A stretch of 62,960 bases of DNA, filler included, from Sphacelaria rigidula (GCA_964200075.2; 11 parts of 11 records of this genome joined end to end with filler, not necessarily neighbours in it), one strand, 5' to 3'. Counted from the first letter of the whole stretch, positions 49,234-62,559 are shown. The notes: a model not told the origin generated them from the letters alone. A program made the numbers and translations.

Positions 49234-50719
49234 CTGTTTCGTCTTCGCAAGGGGGGGGTAACGATGAACAGCATTATTACTGTGTGCTATAGATGCCAGG
49301 TGCATGAAATAAAATGGTGTTGATATGTTTTTGGGAACAGTATGACGTGACTTCAACCTGGGCCTGGAAAACTTGATCCCCTTCGAAACTTGAGGTCTGG
49401 ACTATTATCCACAACTATCGTCATCATGCGAGCCTGGGGACACATCGGAGCTATCGGACTAGGCTGGGGTTTGATGAAAAGTAACATAGTATAATTCAAT
49501 TTTCGCCCCGGTATCGGAGTTAACGCACCGGGGTGCCATAACCCTGGGAAAACCCCTCGGGCATGGCACGATGGTCGTGAATGCGTGTCTACGCGTACAA
49601 GGGTCAAAAAGGAGGCGTCTATGCACGTGCGCCGGTACATTGTTTGAAGAGGCATTTGCGGCTAGCCGCAAAAAACAACGTGAGCCGCAAAACGTTCGCT
49701 GTACGATCCGGTTCACGCTCATGACCCAATATTGTGTTTTCAGCCAATGACATTCGCAATGCCTACGCAATAGTCGCATACATGTCATCTTCATATTGAC
49801 CAATCATCATAGACAACTGAACAGGGTGACGTAGCCGGAGTTTCGTTCGAGGCCATAGCGGTGGCGGTGAGGGAGAGGGATACCTCGACCAAGCAGCGCC
49901 CTTCCAACAGTTCTGAAGGTAGGATATTACTTCCAAATCCAGGTTTTACCCAATCTCCACATGTTTCAAGTAGTAGTAGCCGCATTTAGTTCGGGAATCG
50001 AACTTAAAAAACAAAAAATGAAGACGGTTAGAATCGGAACGAATTATACACCGAAACCGTGGTATTTCGGTGATTTGGGGATTTTGGCGCCGCCTGAATA
50101 GCTCTGATATCCACCGAAGACCCATAAAGTCTCCTGACGGTTTCCCTTAGATCCATCGAAAAAAAGCTCACATCGCCCTCAAACTTGGCATTTCGGTAGG
50201 TATTGGTGGTCCAAATGAAACAATGCATTTTTGAAAACTATTTCAAAGTGTCTCCGCCGCTCGTTATTGGCTCCTAGGCGTCCAGGCGTGTAGACCCCCG
50301 AACGCCAGTAAAAAATGCATTAAAGAAAAAACAAACTGTATGCGTGCCGGGGGAATCCAGAGAACATGTATTTGTCCAGAACATCGTCTTGGCGAACTCG
50401 ACAACCTCATACAGTTTTGTTTTATGCATTTTTCCACGCCGCTTGGAGTTAGACTCTGAAACTTGCACACATTCTGCATGTCCCCTCACTCAAATGAGGT
50501 GTTTTTTATTTTTGCACTCTGATCCTGAGATATTTGCACTCTGAAATGACAAAAAGCGTTTTCCGAAACTCCATATTGCAAAAGAAGATGAGTGGGATAT
50601 TCAGTCTTTCGTTATTTCGCCAATTATCAGGGATCCTAGGTATGTGATTCACCCCCCCCTCTCCCACGCCCCCACCCAAACCCTGGGAACCCCGATAACT
50701 GGCAAAACGCCACGGGTAA

Positions 50720-51420
50720 AGACCCGAGTATTCGCCCTGTTGAAAATATTAACTTTCATCACCACAAAGCAAGGCTCGAGTGCTTGCCCTATCAGTTCTT
50801 CCACCATGAGCGCTGACTCGGGTACTCGCCCTACCCATTATTTTTTCTAACAAGAGCAACGACTCGGGTACTCACCACATCAACTTTTCCCCCCATGATC
50901 AAAGAATCGAGTGCTCGAGGACCCCAAACACGGTCCAAGAGCAGCCGAACGAGGGCGAATGCCACGAGTCATACTCGTCGTAAACACAACGAGCATGACT
51001 TGTGTGCTCGAGTCATTCAATTTTTTCACAACGAGCAATGACTCGTGTGCTCGAGTCATCAATTTTTGTCACAACGAGCAATGCGGCCGTGTCTTATCAA
51101 ATCGTTTCCGACTTCAGAACGCACGCTGGAATCGAATTTGCTCGTATCTGATACGTCTACGGCATTCATGTTTTCAACCATCTGAGAAACTAAATAGCGT
51201 GGACGAACTAGAAACGAGAGTATTCGATTCGACCGCACGTTTTCGACACGACTTTTTTTTTTCCTGACTCGTGTGCTTGAGTCATTATTTTTTTTCACAC
51301 AAGCAATTACTCGTGTGCTCGAGTCCTTCATTTCCTACGCAACGAGCAATGACTCGAGTGCTCGTCCTACAAATGTACTACTCGAGAGATACTCTCCGCC
51401 GCTTTAGTAGAGCTCTGATC
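50720..51420. repeat. Array of ~40-bp units CACAACGAGCAATGACTCGTGTGCTCGAGTCAT (TE subterminal-type repeats)
   Basis: Repeated units at ~50990-51080 and ~51265-51365, with degenerate copies upstream. Confidence 0.75.
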
Positions 51421-51970
51421 TGTGTGTGTGGGTGTACTCATAATCATGCATGCCATAGTCATAAGACCACTGACCTCGCATCCCTACAATGCCGGGNNNN
51501 NNNNNNNNNNNNNNNNNNNNNNNNNNNNNNNNNNNNNNNNTTAATTAATTAANNNNNNNNNNNNNNNNNNNNNNNNNNNNNNNNNNNNNNNNNNNNGGCG
51601 CGCTATTGGCAAAGCTGGCTCCCCTCTGCGCCACGGCGTCGTGCATGGGAAATAATAAAAAGGGGGCTCCCCCCCCCCCCCCCCCCTACCCTCCTTCCCC
51701 TACAGGACATGGTGGATGAGGAAGGGGGTAAGATATGTGGAAGGGTGTTGTGTAATGCTTGGAAGAAACGTAATGAGGGCCGGAGTGTTGGAGGCGTCCC
51801 CAAAAGGAGTATGAACGGTTCTTCGTATCGAAAGGGATGCTTGGTCAATGGTCAAACGACCAAGGCAAGCAACAAACGAGTACACCCCGCCCCTCCCTCG
51901 TTCCCTCTCGCTTCACATCCAATTCGTATGTGCTGGATTGCATGTTGTTTTCGTCTTCCAATCTTTGAAG

Positions 51971-52164
51971 CACCGGATTCGTCAAAAGTTGATGTGAATG
52001 CAGCGCCAAACGCAGCAGCGAAGGCGAAGGCACCGGTTGACGAATGGTTGCCCAACGGCACGTGGTCGAAACCCGGTCAGGGTGCCGGGACAGCGGCGGG
52101 ACCGGGTGGTTCGTTGTGCTCCGGCGACACTTCTGCTGTTGCGATTCCCCATCAGCCATCAGTG
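51971..52164 (+). CDS. Dicer-like RNase III protein, exon 1 of 4 seen (A/G-rich linker)
   Basis: Acceptor TCTTTGAAG, donor GTGAGG, phase 1 to 0. Confidence 0.65.
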
Positions 52165-52889
52165 GTGAGGATGTGCATTATATGAACGTTTTTTTTCTAT
52201 GCTTGTGTTCTGTGTTTGTGTGGTGTGCTGTTCATGGTCATTTTTGCGTTTTGTAAGACGGGAGGTCGATTTGCTGTCGTTTTTTTTTTGTGCTGACGGT
52301 GTATTTTGCGTGAGTGCTCGTGTAAGGTTCTTGGATCTTTTGTGTTGGGAAGAGATGGTGGTGCTTGCCGCTCCCCCGCCACGCTTTTTTTTGTGGGCAG
52401 GTGTGGTGGTGTGTTTTGGAAATGTACGCTTGTCCGAGTCCACTCGGAAGATGAGTAGCGCTGTGCGGCAGATTTCTCGGTACTGAGGAAAAGTGTCGCA
52501 GTCGACATGAACCTCGTTCAGTTGTCCTGCACATGCGCTGTGCTATGTTGTGCTGTACACGATGCTCTAGAAATGTTGCGCATCGAGGGATCGTGCGGAT
52601 GACCATGTCACGCGCGGAGCAAACGTCTTGAAATTTTGGTTGGGATGGGAGAACCTGGGACGGGGGTTGAATAATGCTTGAAAACAGAGTATCCAATGGA
52701 AAGACTGAGTGTATCATTGGAAGTCGATGCGGCATGGGCATGAATCGCAGCAGTCAAGACTTCACGAGGCGTAGCAGCAGCAGTAGTCAAGGCTCTACAA
52801 GGCCTGTTCCATGAGTGTACTTGGAATTTTTCGGGTATCGTCGCGTGCCGCGTCGCGTTTCATGTCTGATGTGGATATTTTGGTCCCAG

Positions 52890-53044
52890 GTCCCGGCTAG
52901 CGTGGGGAAAGTGAAACCTGATGCGGCGGCGGAGGGCGGTGGTGTTGGCGCGGCTCAAGCGGCAGCTCTGGGGATCATCCAGTTTGCCGGGGGAGAAGGG
53001 TCTGTGGCAGACACGATGGCCTTGCTGGACTGTTCTTTGAGACG
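52890..53044 (+). CDS. Dicer-like RNase III protein, exon 2 of 4 seen
   Basis: Acceptor TTTTGGTCCCAG, donor GTGAGG, phase 0 to 2; ends ...DTMALLDCSLR just before the RNase III signature. Confidence 0.75.
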
Positions 53045-53173
53045 GTGAGGGAGCTTGTTGTCGTTGTTGTCGTTGTCGTTGTTGTTGTTGTTGTTGATGT
53101 TGTGGTTTTGAGCCACGTCTCCACGAAGGGGCGACTTTGAAGCGTCGACGTCGGCTGCAAATTGCGCTTGAGT

Positions 53174-53526
53174 ACTCTGTGGCTCCGTTGGTAACCTCGA
53201 AACATTTTGATGAATGGGTCGTGTGTTCGAGTTGCAGTGAAGCCACACGATCTGGAATTTCCCCTCACGCCATGCCCAACAGTGAAGAGCGACCATGTCG
53301 TGGGTACGCGAAATTCGATCTCACGGTCGACGAGGGAAAGGGACCGCCGAACCCCTCTCGCGATTAAAGTGAAAGGCAAGCACCGCAGAAGGAAGGTGGA
53401 GATCTCAAGCAAAACAAAAATCTCCTGTGGCCTCTCTCCTGTGTGATGCCGGCTGAATCGCTCAACATATACCGAGAAGTATCGACTGGCGTCCAGACTA
53501 GACGGGATAACAACACACACACACAC
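53174..53526 (+). mobile_element. tRNA-derived SINE S1, near full length with (CA)n tail, intronic
   Basis: A-box TGGCTCCGTTGG, B-box GTTCGAGT, collinear with 1495-1816. Confidence 0.75.
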
Positions 53527-54097
53527 TTATGTCAACGTAGGACCCGTGCTTACACACACCGCTCGACAACGTCTCCGCGACACATGATAAAGCCTAAATG
53601 AGGATGCAGGGTTGCGTAGAACACCCCCATGGACTCCTCTTGTCGTCGTTGTCATCGCTGTTGTCGCTGTTGGTGGTGGTATTGGTATCGGTAACGGTAA
53701 CGGTAACGGTTCCGCGTGTTTCATCATCGTTGTCACACCTGCTGTTGTTTGAACTCTGTTGAGGGTGCTGCCGATGGTGCTATATTTTACGACCAGACCA
53801 AGAAAACTGCGTGGTATGTTCAGCGTTGAAGTGGACATCGTGCAGCAGTTTCACGTCGGCAAGCTAGCGTAGTAACCGTTTCCCTACCTTGGAGTAGGTT
53901 CGAACGTCCCCTGTCGACATTGTTATCACGGTTAGATCTGTTACGAAGCACTTGCCCTGCGACAGCCAATCGACCCATCTATCAATCAGTGCGTAGTGCC
54001 CAGAACTTCACAGTTTCGACAACTGCGCTTCAATTTGTTTTGCCTCGTGGCACTCTTCACGTTCACCTGTGATTCTTCTGTCGTGCTACTCTTTCAG

Positions 54098-54170
54098 GCC
54101 TGTGAACGAGCGTCTGGAAACTTTGGGTGACGCGTGGCTCAACTACTACGCAGGATTTGTCGTTTTCCAG
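54098..54170 (+). CDS. Dicer-like RNase III protein, exon 3 of 4 seen (catalytic signature)
   Basis: PVNERLETLGDAWLNYYAGFVVFQ matches the RNase III ERLE.LGD signature; acceptor CTCTTTCAG, donor GTTTGG, phase 2 to 0. Confidence 0.88.
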
Positions 54171-54899
54171 GTTTGGCAAAGAACCCCTCCGCAGGCTGCC
54201 ACTTCTTCCTTTAAGTGCGTACCCGCGGATCCTATTGGCGCAGAAGATCCCAGTGAATGACTCATCCACATTATTCGATTTCGGTCATTTTTCGCATTAC
54301 AGTAGAATAGTCGACTTTATCATGATGAGACCACGGCTGGACTCCTGGGGGGCCTATTCAAGTTAAAGTGCGGCAATCAATCAATCAGTCAAGTCGAACT
54401 TTAAACGAAACATTTTCGATTCATGGCGTTCTTTTTTCATTATTTCGGTCATCACGAGGTACGGGCTCGTCAGTCTTTGGGGATCCTACGAGTGTGCAAG
54501 AATGTACAAGCCCCCGGTTCTCTCCCTTTGATATTTTCACTCGACCAAACCAATCGGGATCGTTGTAATGAAGTATTCTATGGCTTCGATGTGTCTTTTT
54601 TCCCCATATTCATTGGGCTGCTGTCAAAAAACCGTATGTTTGGGTCACATGCGGTCAGTAACACCCCATCGATAGACAACGTTTTTGTCCGTATCGTTCC
54701 GTAACAACTCAAAATCGGGACATGTGGTCTGAGGACGACCTGCTTCGTTTTGCTATCGCTTATTGACTCTCAAACTCTCGAGTGAAGGTCACAAATCGTC
54801 TGTGAAAAAAAATCTGATTGAGTGAACAATATATCTCAGGTTCGACTAGTGTATTCGGGTATGTACACTACTGCAGCGCGGTACGCCATACGTCACCCC

Positions 54900-55250
54900 C
54901 CCCATATGCCACCGTCCGTCTCGAAAGGGATATATGGTAGATGGACAAACGCCTGAGGCAAGCAACGAATGAGTATCCCCCCCCAGCGCGCGAACGGTGA
55001 CGCACCCATGAGGCAGTGTGAAAGCCGTGATTGTCTCTGGAAATGGCGACACCAGCAAATAAAGCAACTCATTGTAGGCTGTCATCCAAATGCAAGATAA
55101 TCAGTAGACTTCGGGCCGAACAACCTGAGCAGGATGNNNNNNNNNNGGTCCGGCGAAAGCCCGGCGTTCTCCGTCCCGGCTTTGTAGGGATGTGAGGTTA
55201 ATGGTCTCATGACTATGGCACGCATGATCATGAGTACATCCCCCCCCCCG
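54900..55250 (-). repeat. Family R1 copy (intronic)
   Basis: Reverse complement of the R1 core. Confidence 0.8.
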
Positions 55251-56313
55251 CTCGATGCCACAGCGGGACGATTACTCTTCGGGTCCCCAACATGCTAGAG
55301 TCGTACCCACCGTATGCTAAGCTTACGTTGTACACCAGAGTGGTGCTACAGTTGGGGTGCACTGTTTTCGGCAAAACTTGTCTGAGGTACTTTCATGTGT
55401 GAAACGAAACCATGGCATTGTCCAGGAGTATGTGAAGTTTGCTTGCGAGAGGATCGCCTCACATTCAAAACTGCAATGATGCGAGTGCGCGGGAGTTTAC
55501 ATCTGCCTTGTGCACGCCGGCCCGGAGCAAAATCGCGCACAGCTAAAGTAGCACGACTCACCGCGGCTTGTTTATACTGGGATGAATCAATCTTCCGTGC
55601 AGATGAAGAAACATGATTTCATATTTTTTCCGGCACATTAGTTCGATATCTCAAACCCGTGGTCACAGACGTCGGCTTGGTTTTCCAATACCGTCCCTGC
55701 TATTGTTTACAAGACATCGAGTTTCGTTGTTGTTGTTTTCTCCCAAGACTCCAGGCTGAATACAAAAACAGGAACAGTCAACCAAAATGTTACCAAATGA
55801 AAATAAGAAGAGACGCCGAGACAACAGATGAGAAATAGCTTTCCCGAGTTGATCGGGGTGAAGGACCAAAAAAGAAAGACTTGATATCTCCTGAAAATCA
55901 TACCGAAAGACAAAGGAAAAGAAAAAGAGAAATAAGAGGAGGCAGATGCCAGCAGGGGATTGGTGTTGTCACCAAGCGAGGGTCAACTCGACAACCCCAG
56001 GCACCCACCCTCGTAGACTAGTACTACACCTGTTGGAAAGAACACGTTCGACTCAAGTCCTCTATTTAAAACACATGACAGTACGGAAGCTCATAGTGTC
56101 TTCGACGCTGTCAACATTCAGTGTGGTTGTATCCTGATGTTTTCCCTTGAATCCTTGCGTGCTCCAATTCTTTGAACGGCATCAAGTATAAGTATACCTT
56201 TGTGTTTGGTGGGTTCAGTTGTTCAGACCTTCGATATATATATCCTCGCTCCGGTGATCACAAAACGCGTTTACTTGCTTGTATGCGTTCGTCTCTGCCT
56301 CCTGTGCTCGCAG

Positions 56314-56415
56314 GACAAGCCAGTGCTTCTCGAGGAAGGTATGATGACCCTGCTCAGGAAGAACGTGGTGTCGAACGCTCGCCTCATCAAGTGCGCCGAC
56401 CGTCGAGGTCTTCGG
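56314..56415 (+). CDS. Dicer-like RNase III protein, exon 4 of 4 seen
   Basis: DKPVLLEEGMMTLLRKNVVSNARLIKCADRRGLR matches RNase III EG.LT.LR...VSN..L...A...GL; acceptor TGCTCGCAG, donor GTGAGA, phase 0 to 0. Confidence 0.88.
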
Positions 56416-57029
56416 GTGAGACAGAGAGACGCCGGTGTTATTCTCCGTCCTCCGCTTTCATTTTGTTTTACTCACCTCGCTCGTTCTATTCATCTACGTC
56501 CATAATGAACCCCCTATTCCCACTCGCATCCGTGGAGAGGGCGCAGCTTTGAGGGATCAACCCTTTCCGTCTCTTCCGCAGTACCTGTCGTACACTTTTC
56601 CCATCAATCCTTTAGATAACAGAGAGAGATGGTGGATTCGTTTCCCTTCGGATGCGCTTGGGTTTTTCCCTTCGGAGTACTGACTTGTGTTGTTCAAGGC
56701 GTGACGACGTGAGTAGCCCAAAGGGCTGTGAGTTTGTTGGATGAGAGTTGACGAGGCGCGGGAGTACTCGTCATGATCCATTTTACGAGACCAAAATGCA
56801 AGGCGTGTGCCGGGGGTTGATCCCTTGGGACGAGTAGACCACGGACTCGTCCCGAGGGAGTGGAGCGGGGTGTTATTGAAAGTGTGACAAAAAAAAAGAG
56901 GATCGCAACACTGCCCTAGCTGGCCGACTTTCTTCGAGTTCGTACGCATGTCCTTGTAGACCAATGCCAGGTGATGGTCCGTTACGACCTTTCTACACTC
57001 TGTTTGGTCCATTGAAAAAAGTTACGATA

Positions 57030-57228
57030 TCCCCCCCCCCCCACCCCTTGATGAATGGTGAGACACCCATAAGGCAGTGTATAAGCCATGGCTGTCTCTG
57101 GAATTGTCGATGCCAGAAAATAAAGCAGCTCATTGTAGGCTGTCATCCAAATGCGAGATTATCAGTTCGCTTCGGGCCGAACGATCTGAGCAGGATGCAG
57201 CTCACCCTTCATGCGACTCGCCGAACAC
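57030..57228 (-). repeat. Family R1 copy, cut by scaffold end
   Basis: Reverse complement of the R1 core. Confidence 0.8.
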
Positions 57229-57377
57229 NNNNNNNNNNNNNNNNNNNNNNNNNNNNNNNNNNNNNNNNNNNNTTAATTAATTAANNNNNNNNNNNNNNNN
57301 NNNNNNNNNNNNNNNNNNNNNNNNNNNNAAGAGGACGACCCAAACTTATTTCATGAAAAATTGGTCCAATAGGCGAA

Positions 57378-57590
57378 AAGGGAAAGGGACTGCTGAACCC
57401 CTCTCGCGATGGAAAATAAAAAGGCAAGCACCGCAGAAGGAAGGTGGGGTACTAAAAATAAACAAAAAAGAAAAAACTCCTGTGTTGGCCTTACTCCCGT
57501 GTGACCCCGGCTGGCGCGCCCACATATACCGAAAGGTGTAGACCGGCGTCTGGAATAAATGGGACAACACACACACAAACACACACACAC
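57378..57590 (+). mobile_element. 5'-truncated SINE S1 with (CA)n tail
   Basis: AAAGGGACTGCTGAACCCCTCTCGCG...CACATATACCGAAAGGTG...GGGACAACACACAC. Confidence 0.75.
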
Positions 57591-58647
57591 ATGAAAGGCC
57601 GCTTTCAGTTCTAAAACAAAAGCTCAGCCAGCTACCACATACATACGACACCAAAATACAAACACCCACTCCCACACACACACAGCCCACCACCAGAAGC
57701 GACCGCGGTTTATATGTGTATCCATCGGCACAGCGTGGCACCAATGAACAGCAGTAACAACAACGCGTAACAAGGTTACACCGAGAAGGAATGCACCACC
57801 ACCACGTGAACAAGGCTACCTACCTACCCCCTGAGAGCTCGCTTCGGTGACAGCGGCGCACTTGAACCGAACAGAACGTGTTAATCAAATCCAAACATGT
57901 CCTCGGAGGTGCGCTTTCAGTATGAAAACAAGAGCTGAGTGAGCTACGACAAAAAACCTTCACGCGTGCAACGGTCACGGCGACGCGCATCTTCTCACAC
58001 CAAGGGAAGAAAATTCCTGAGCAACATGGACGCAAAAAAATCTCCGCTTTCGGTTCCACAACGAAAGCTGAAGAGGGGCTTCGTTTGCCATTACACAAAG
58101 TCGTTCAAGCACGAACATTAGGCCAGGAGGCACCACCTACACGCAATTTCAGCATATCCAACTCATCTGACAAGAAGCTGCATCATCCAAGACGCACGCG
58201 AACCCACCGGAGCAACGGTGTCATCGGACCAACACAGCAAAACACATGCAACATCGCACGACAAAATTAATGCAACGAAAACAGATATCTACACGGACGC
58301 ATCCGGATACCCAAACGACCGTTCGTGCAAATATTTATTTTCTCGCCACTCGTCCATTTCTTCTACATAGCTACTAGTGGGCTCGCTGTCCCGAAGACCC
58401 AATGTACTGGCGCCAATCGACACTGCAAATCATGTTTTGATTGATTGGCGCCGCCATTGTGTCGGTACACCGTAATTCAGGGGCGGTGTGCTTACAAATA
58501 GCCACGTGCAACAACAGATGTTGACAACCAACAGGTAGTTCACGGAATAGTGAGAATAGTTGCGCAAGCACTTGAAAGTGTATTAACCGCTTACTCTTCC
58601 AAGAAGAGGCCGGATGGATCAATGCAAAAAAACAAGGGAGTACAAGA

Positions 58648-61600
58648 TCACCGCGCTCTGCCGGAAAGAGGACGGTGAGTACGACGAGAGTGCCACATTG
58701 CCGGTGAAGACAGAGCCGCCAAAGTCCGCGAGCCGCACCGACACGTCGGGTCAGCGCAAGTTCTGAGACATAACTCGGCGTGCGGGTTGCCGTGCAGTGG
58801 TTCCCCACGCCGCCCGTTGCCGCTCAATTTTGCCCCCTCCACCTTCTTACTCGCTGCCTTTGTTCCTCTCTTCACCACTTTCTTCTTTTTCCGCTTCACT
58901 CTCCCCGTCCCCGCACCTGTCTTTCCCCCCATATCCCCGGGCTCACCTTCCAACGCCGAGAACTCCCGCCTTCGACCAGAAGCGGTCACCGAGTCGTGAC
59001 GGATCGCACCTTCCGGACGACGGAGAACGTCGCTCGCGGTCGCCCGGCCCCTGCGAACCGCATGGGCACTATCCAGGTTCGAACTTTCACGGAGGCGCCC
59101 TCCGGTCTCTGGCATCGCCTGTGGTGCGATGCCCCAGGCTGGCGGCTCCTGGCCGTCGTGCAGTGCACCGTCGTATGATTCCATACTTTCCACGTCCGCT
59201 TCATCGTAAAAGCGGTGATGATCCGTGCTTTCCCTTCGCGTGTTCGCGATTCTCGCGGCGGCAGCACCGGCGCGATCTAATGGAAAGGAATCGTCGACAA
59301 CGCTCGTTGCGCTTTTCTCACTCGCAGCCTCCATCACCGGCCGTTGCCAGTACTGCCACCGCTCCAAATTGTCGGCGGGGCCGGTACTGGTACCGGCAGG
59401 GGTACCCGCACCGAGATCCCCCGGCCGCAGGGTTCCTGCTGTATTTTGGTCTGCGAACGAGGAACCACACGTGTCATCCCCGCCCGCGGGGGGCCAGCGG
59501 TGCTGATTTTTTTCCGCCGCCTGGCTTCCTTGCCCCCACGATTCTCCAAAAGCATACTCTGGAGGGCGGCCTCTGTCCCGCTCCGAAGTCTCCACCCACT
59601 CTTCATCGCGTTCCCCTGCGATGTCCTCAACGTCTTGCGCCTCCTCCATCTCCCCGCCGGAGAGCTGCGAGTGCATAGCCTGTGAGTCTTCCTCCTCCAC
59701 GCGGGGCATCTGAAACGGGAGCGGCGAAGCCCTGCCGGGCCGCACCGCCAACGGACGCATCGTAGTGACCCCAACTCCTTCATAGCCCCTTTCTCCTCTT
59801 GTCTTCGCATCATGTCGCTGGTGGGTCCGAGCCTCCTCTGCTCGAGGTCGACCCCCGCTACTATCGTTCGGCGGCATGGTCAAGGGGGAGCCTCTTTGCT
59901 CAACCCATTGCACGTGCCGCATCATATTGGCTTCCCGCTCTGGCACCAACACGCCTCCCCCCCGTGTCCCGCACAAATAGCGGAATCCGCCATGCTCTTC
60001 TAGTTCTGCCTCTACCGAACCACACTCTCCCTTCTCTTCCCCCGCCACCTCCTCCACGGGGGAAACCTCCTCCATCCTTTGGATATTGCTTCTGGGGTAC
60101 GTGCCAAAATCAACAGGGGAAACCCCGCCTCCATTTCCATTTGCCACAGCACCTGGCCCTCCCGTAGGCCAACCAGAGCGCGGCAGTTGCCCGCCACCCG
60201 TTTCCCACCTCGCAGGATCCCGCACGACCGGTGATTCTTCTCCACCACCGCGTTCCTCGACCATTGATTCGCCACGGGATGATCGCGCCGACGAGCAGTA
60301 AGATGCCGAGGAAATCGTTTCTTCGGCGGCGGTTGCCTCCGCGAGACGCCGGAACCTCCCGACGACCGCAGCACGCTCCGCCAGACGAGAAGCTGGTGAC
60401 TCTTCTCCGCCAACACGTTCCTCCGCGATTGATCCGCCAACGGATGATCCCGTCGACGAGCAGTAGGACGCCGAGGAGATCGTCTCTTCGGCGGCGGTCG
60501 CCTCCGCGAGATGCTGGAGTCTCGCGGCCACTGCAGCGCGCTTCGCCAGACGAGCAGCTCGCCTTGCTCGTTTCTCCCGCCTAGCGTCAGCGGCGTCAGC
60601 GGCGGCCTCGGCATCAGCGGCAGCTTGCCGTCTGGACAGCACAGTCTCACCATTCCACCGCTCGCCCGTCGGGATCACTTGGGAGCCATGTATGGGAGCG
60701 GTAGCCACGGCTGCCGCCGCATTGACCGCTTCGGTCGTCGCCGTTTGTGTGGCAATTCGATCACGCTGGGCAACATCGAAGGACCATCGGGCGCGGTCAG
60801 CGGCGCGGTCAGCGCGGTCAGCAGCGTTCTCGGCGCGTTCCGCAGCCCGCTCTGCTGCCAGTTGCGCCGCAGCGGCATCATCACACCGAGTCAACGGACG
60901 CTCCCCCGACACTACCGAAAACCCTTCCACTTCCGTAAGACCTGAGCTTGGAAGCTGTCGCCGCCGCCGCCGCCCCTGCTGCTGCTGCTGCCGCTGCAGC
61001 TGTTGCTGCTGTGGATGACTTGCTCTCGAGCTTTTGGAGCTGGCCGTAGAATCTATCGAGGTCGACATGCTGTCCTGAGCCACGGGTCGTCTAGGGGCGA
61101 CGCTGGATGTTGATGCACCTGGGTCCTGCTGGTAACCGCGACTTCCGTTCGATGACGACATAACAGTTCCGACACCGCTATCCACTTCCTCCACCGCACC
61201 GTCTGCTCCCACCATCGCCGTCGTCATCGCCGCCGCCGCCACACCGATCTCATCCTCGCGGGGCCTCCTGCTAGCCGCGCCCGCGGACACATCAAAGTTC
61301 ACCCTGTTGTGGTCCATGACAGTCTCAGCCGAGCTGTTCGCCGCGGCGTTTCGCGCCAAAGCCTCATCTTCCTCGCTTTCCGTGCGCCCACGCTGTCGCC
61401 CATAAGCCCCACGATCATCGCCGGTTGCGAACGAATGCATGGGCCTACGCCCGTCGGCACTAGAACTGCTACCCGCTAGATGGGACGAAACAGCCGCAAG
61501 CGCCTCAGACTCTGACATCGTAGGCGTGCGTGTACTGCTAGCATTTTCAACATCGATTTCCAACGCCGCGCCTTCTCCCCCACGTACCACCCGACGCCGC

Positions 61601-62308
61601 TGTCCGTCGCCGACAAATCTGTCCTCCTCGTCAAGCTCTATCCTGGGTGCCTCCGCCTCATCTTCCGCCCCAAGAGGCGACGGCGGCACCGGTGGCGCTG
61701 CCCCTCCAGCCATCGCGGCCGCCGCAACCGCCGCGACGGCGGCCGCTACCGCATCACTGGTATCCGCCGCCCATTTCAGCTGTCCAGGTCTCTGAAACGC
61801 CGACGAAGACACCGTCTCATATTGAGAGCTGCCGCTATCATGATCACAACTTATATTGGCTGACGATCTCACCGCGGCGCCCTCTTGATTCGGCTCGGTG
61901 GTGTCGTGGACAAGAGCATCTACCGCGCTCTCTACTGCTGCTGCTGTTGTTGCTGCTTGTGCTGTTGCTATGGTAGCTCTCGTTGACGCGGCCGGCGGGT
62001 CCTGAGCGTTAGTTCGCACCACGTCAGCCCGATGCGTATCGATGCTTTCCCTGACGCCACCCCACGTGGTGTCTTCTTCAGTGGACGCGCCGGACCCTCC
62101 AGGAATGGTGTTGCTGGTATCGACTTCTGATTCTGAGCAATATCGGTCGGCCGGGAGATCCTGCACTTGTGGGTACTGGGCGGAGAATAAGGAAGCGGTG
62201 ACGGGGGCAACGGACCGACGCGGTTCGAGACTTGATACCACAAGATCATAATGCGGGGGCTTCACAGCGACAGCGTAGTCTAGTGCTACGCGGGTTTTGT
62301 GGAGTGAA
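58648..62308 (-). CDS. Giant terminal exon (~1220 codons) of a hypothetical low-complexity, probably disordered protein
   Basis: 3.66-kb uninterrupted GC-rich ORF, A/S/E/G-rich, poly-Q, basic KRKKKK near the C-terminus; candidate acceptor TTCTTCGTTATCGGTCAAAG at 62309; the ORF-track start is not an ATG. Confidence 0.85.
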
Positions 62309-62559
62309 CTTTGACCGATAACGAAGAAGTACAATACAACTCATCCAGGCAACGTCAACGTCACAAGCAGCGTCCTCCATGCGACGCACAGAAGCTCACA
62401 AAAGACTCCCCCTCCCGCACACACAAGGGGATATCGGATAGGACGTCCACCGCTCAACGAACAACACGCGACGTAGCACCGTACCAACACTAAAACATAT
62501 CAAGGAAGGGCACGACAATCACAAACGCCTTGTGTATTCCAGGGGGAGGTGGGGGGGGA

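Noticed and set aside
56557..57012. 151-aa minus ORF with KVVTDH (RNase H-like)
   Set aside because: Single short motif, intronic and antisense to the RNase III gene; insufficient evidence.
58780..62251. Numerous plus-strand and alternate-frame ORFs up to 293 aa
   Set aside because: Shadow ORFs of the GC-rich giant exon.
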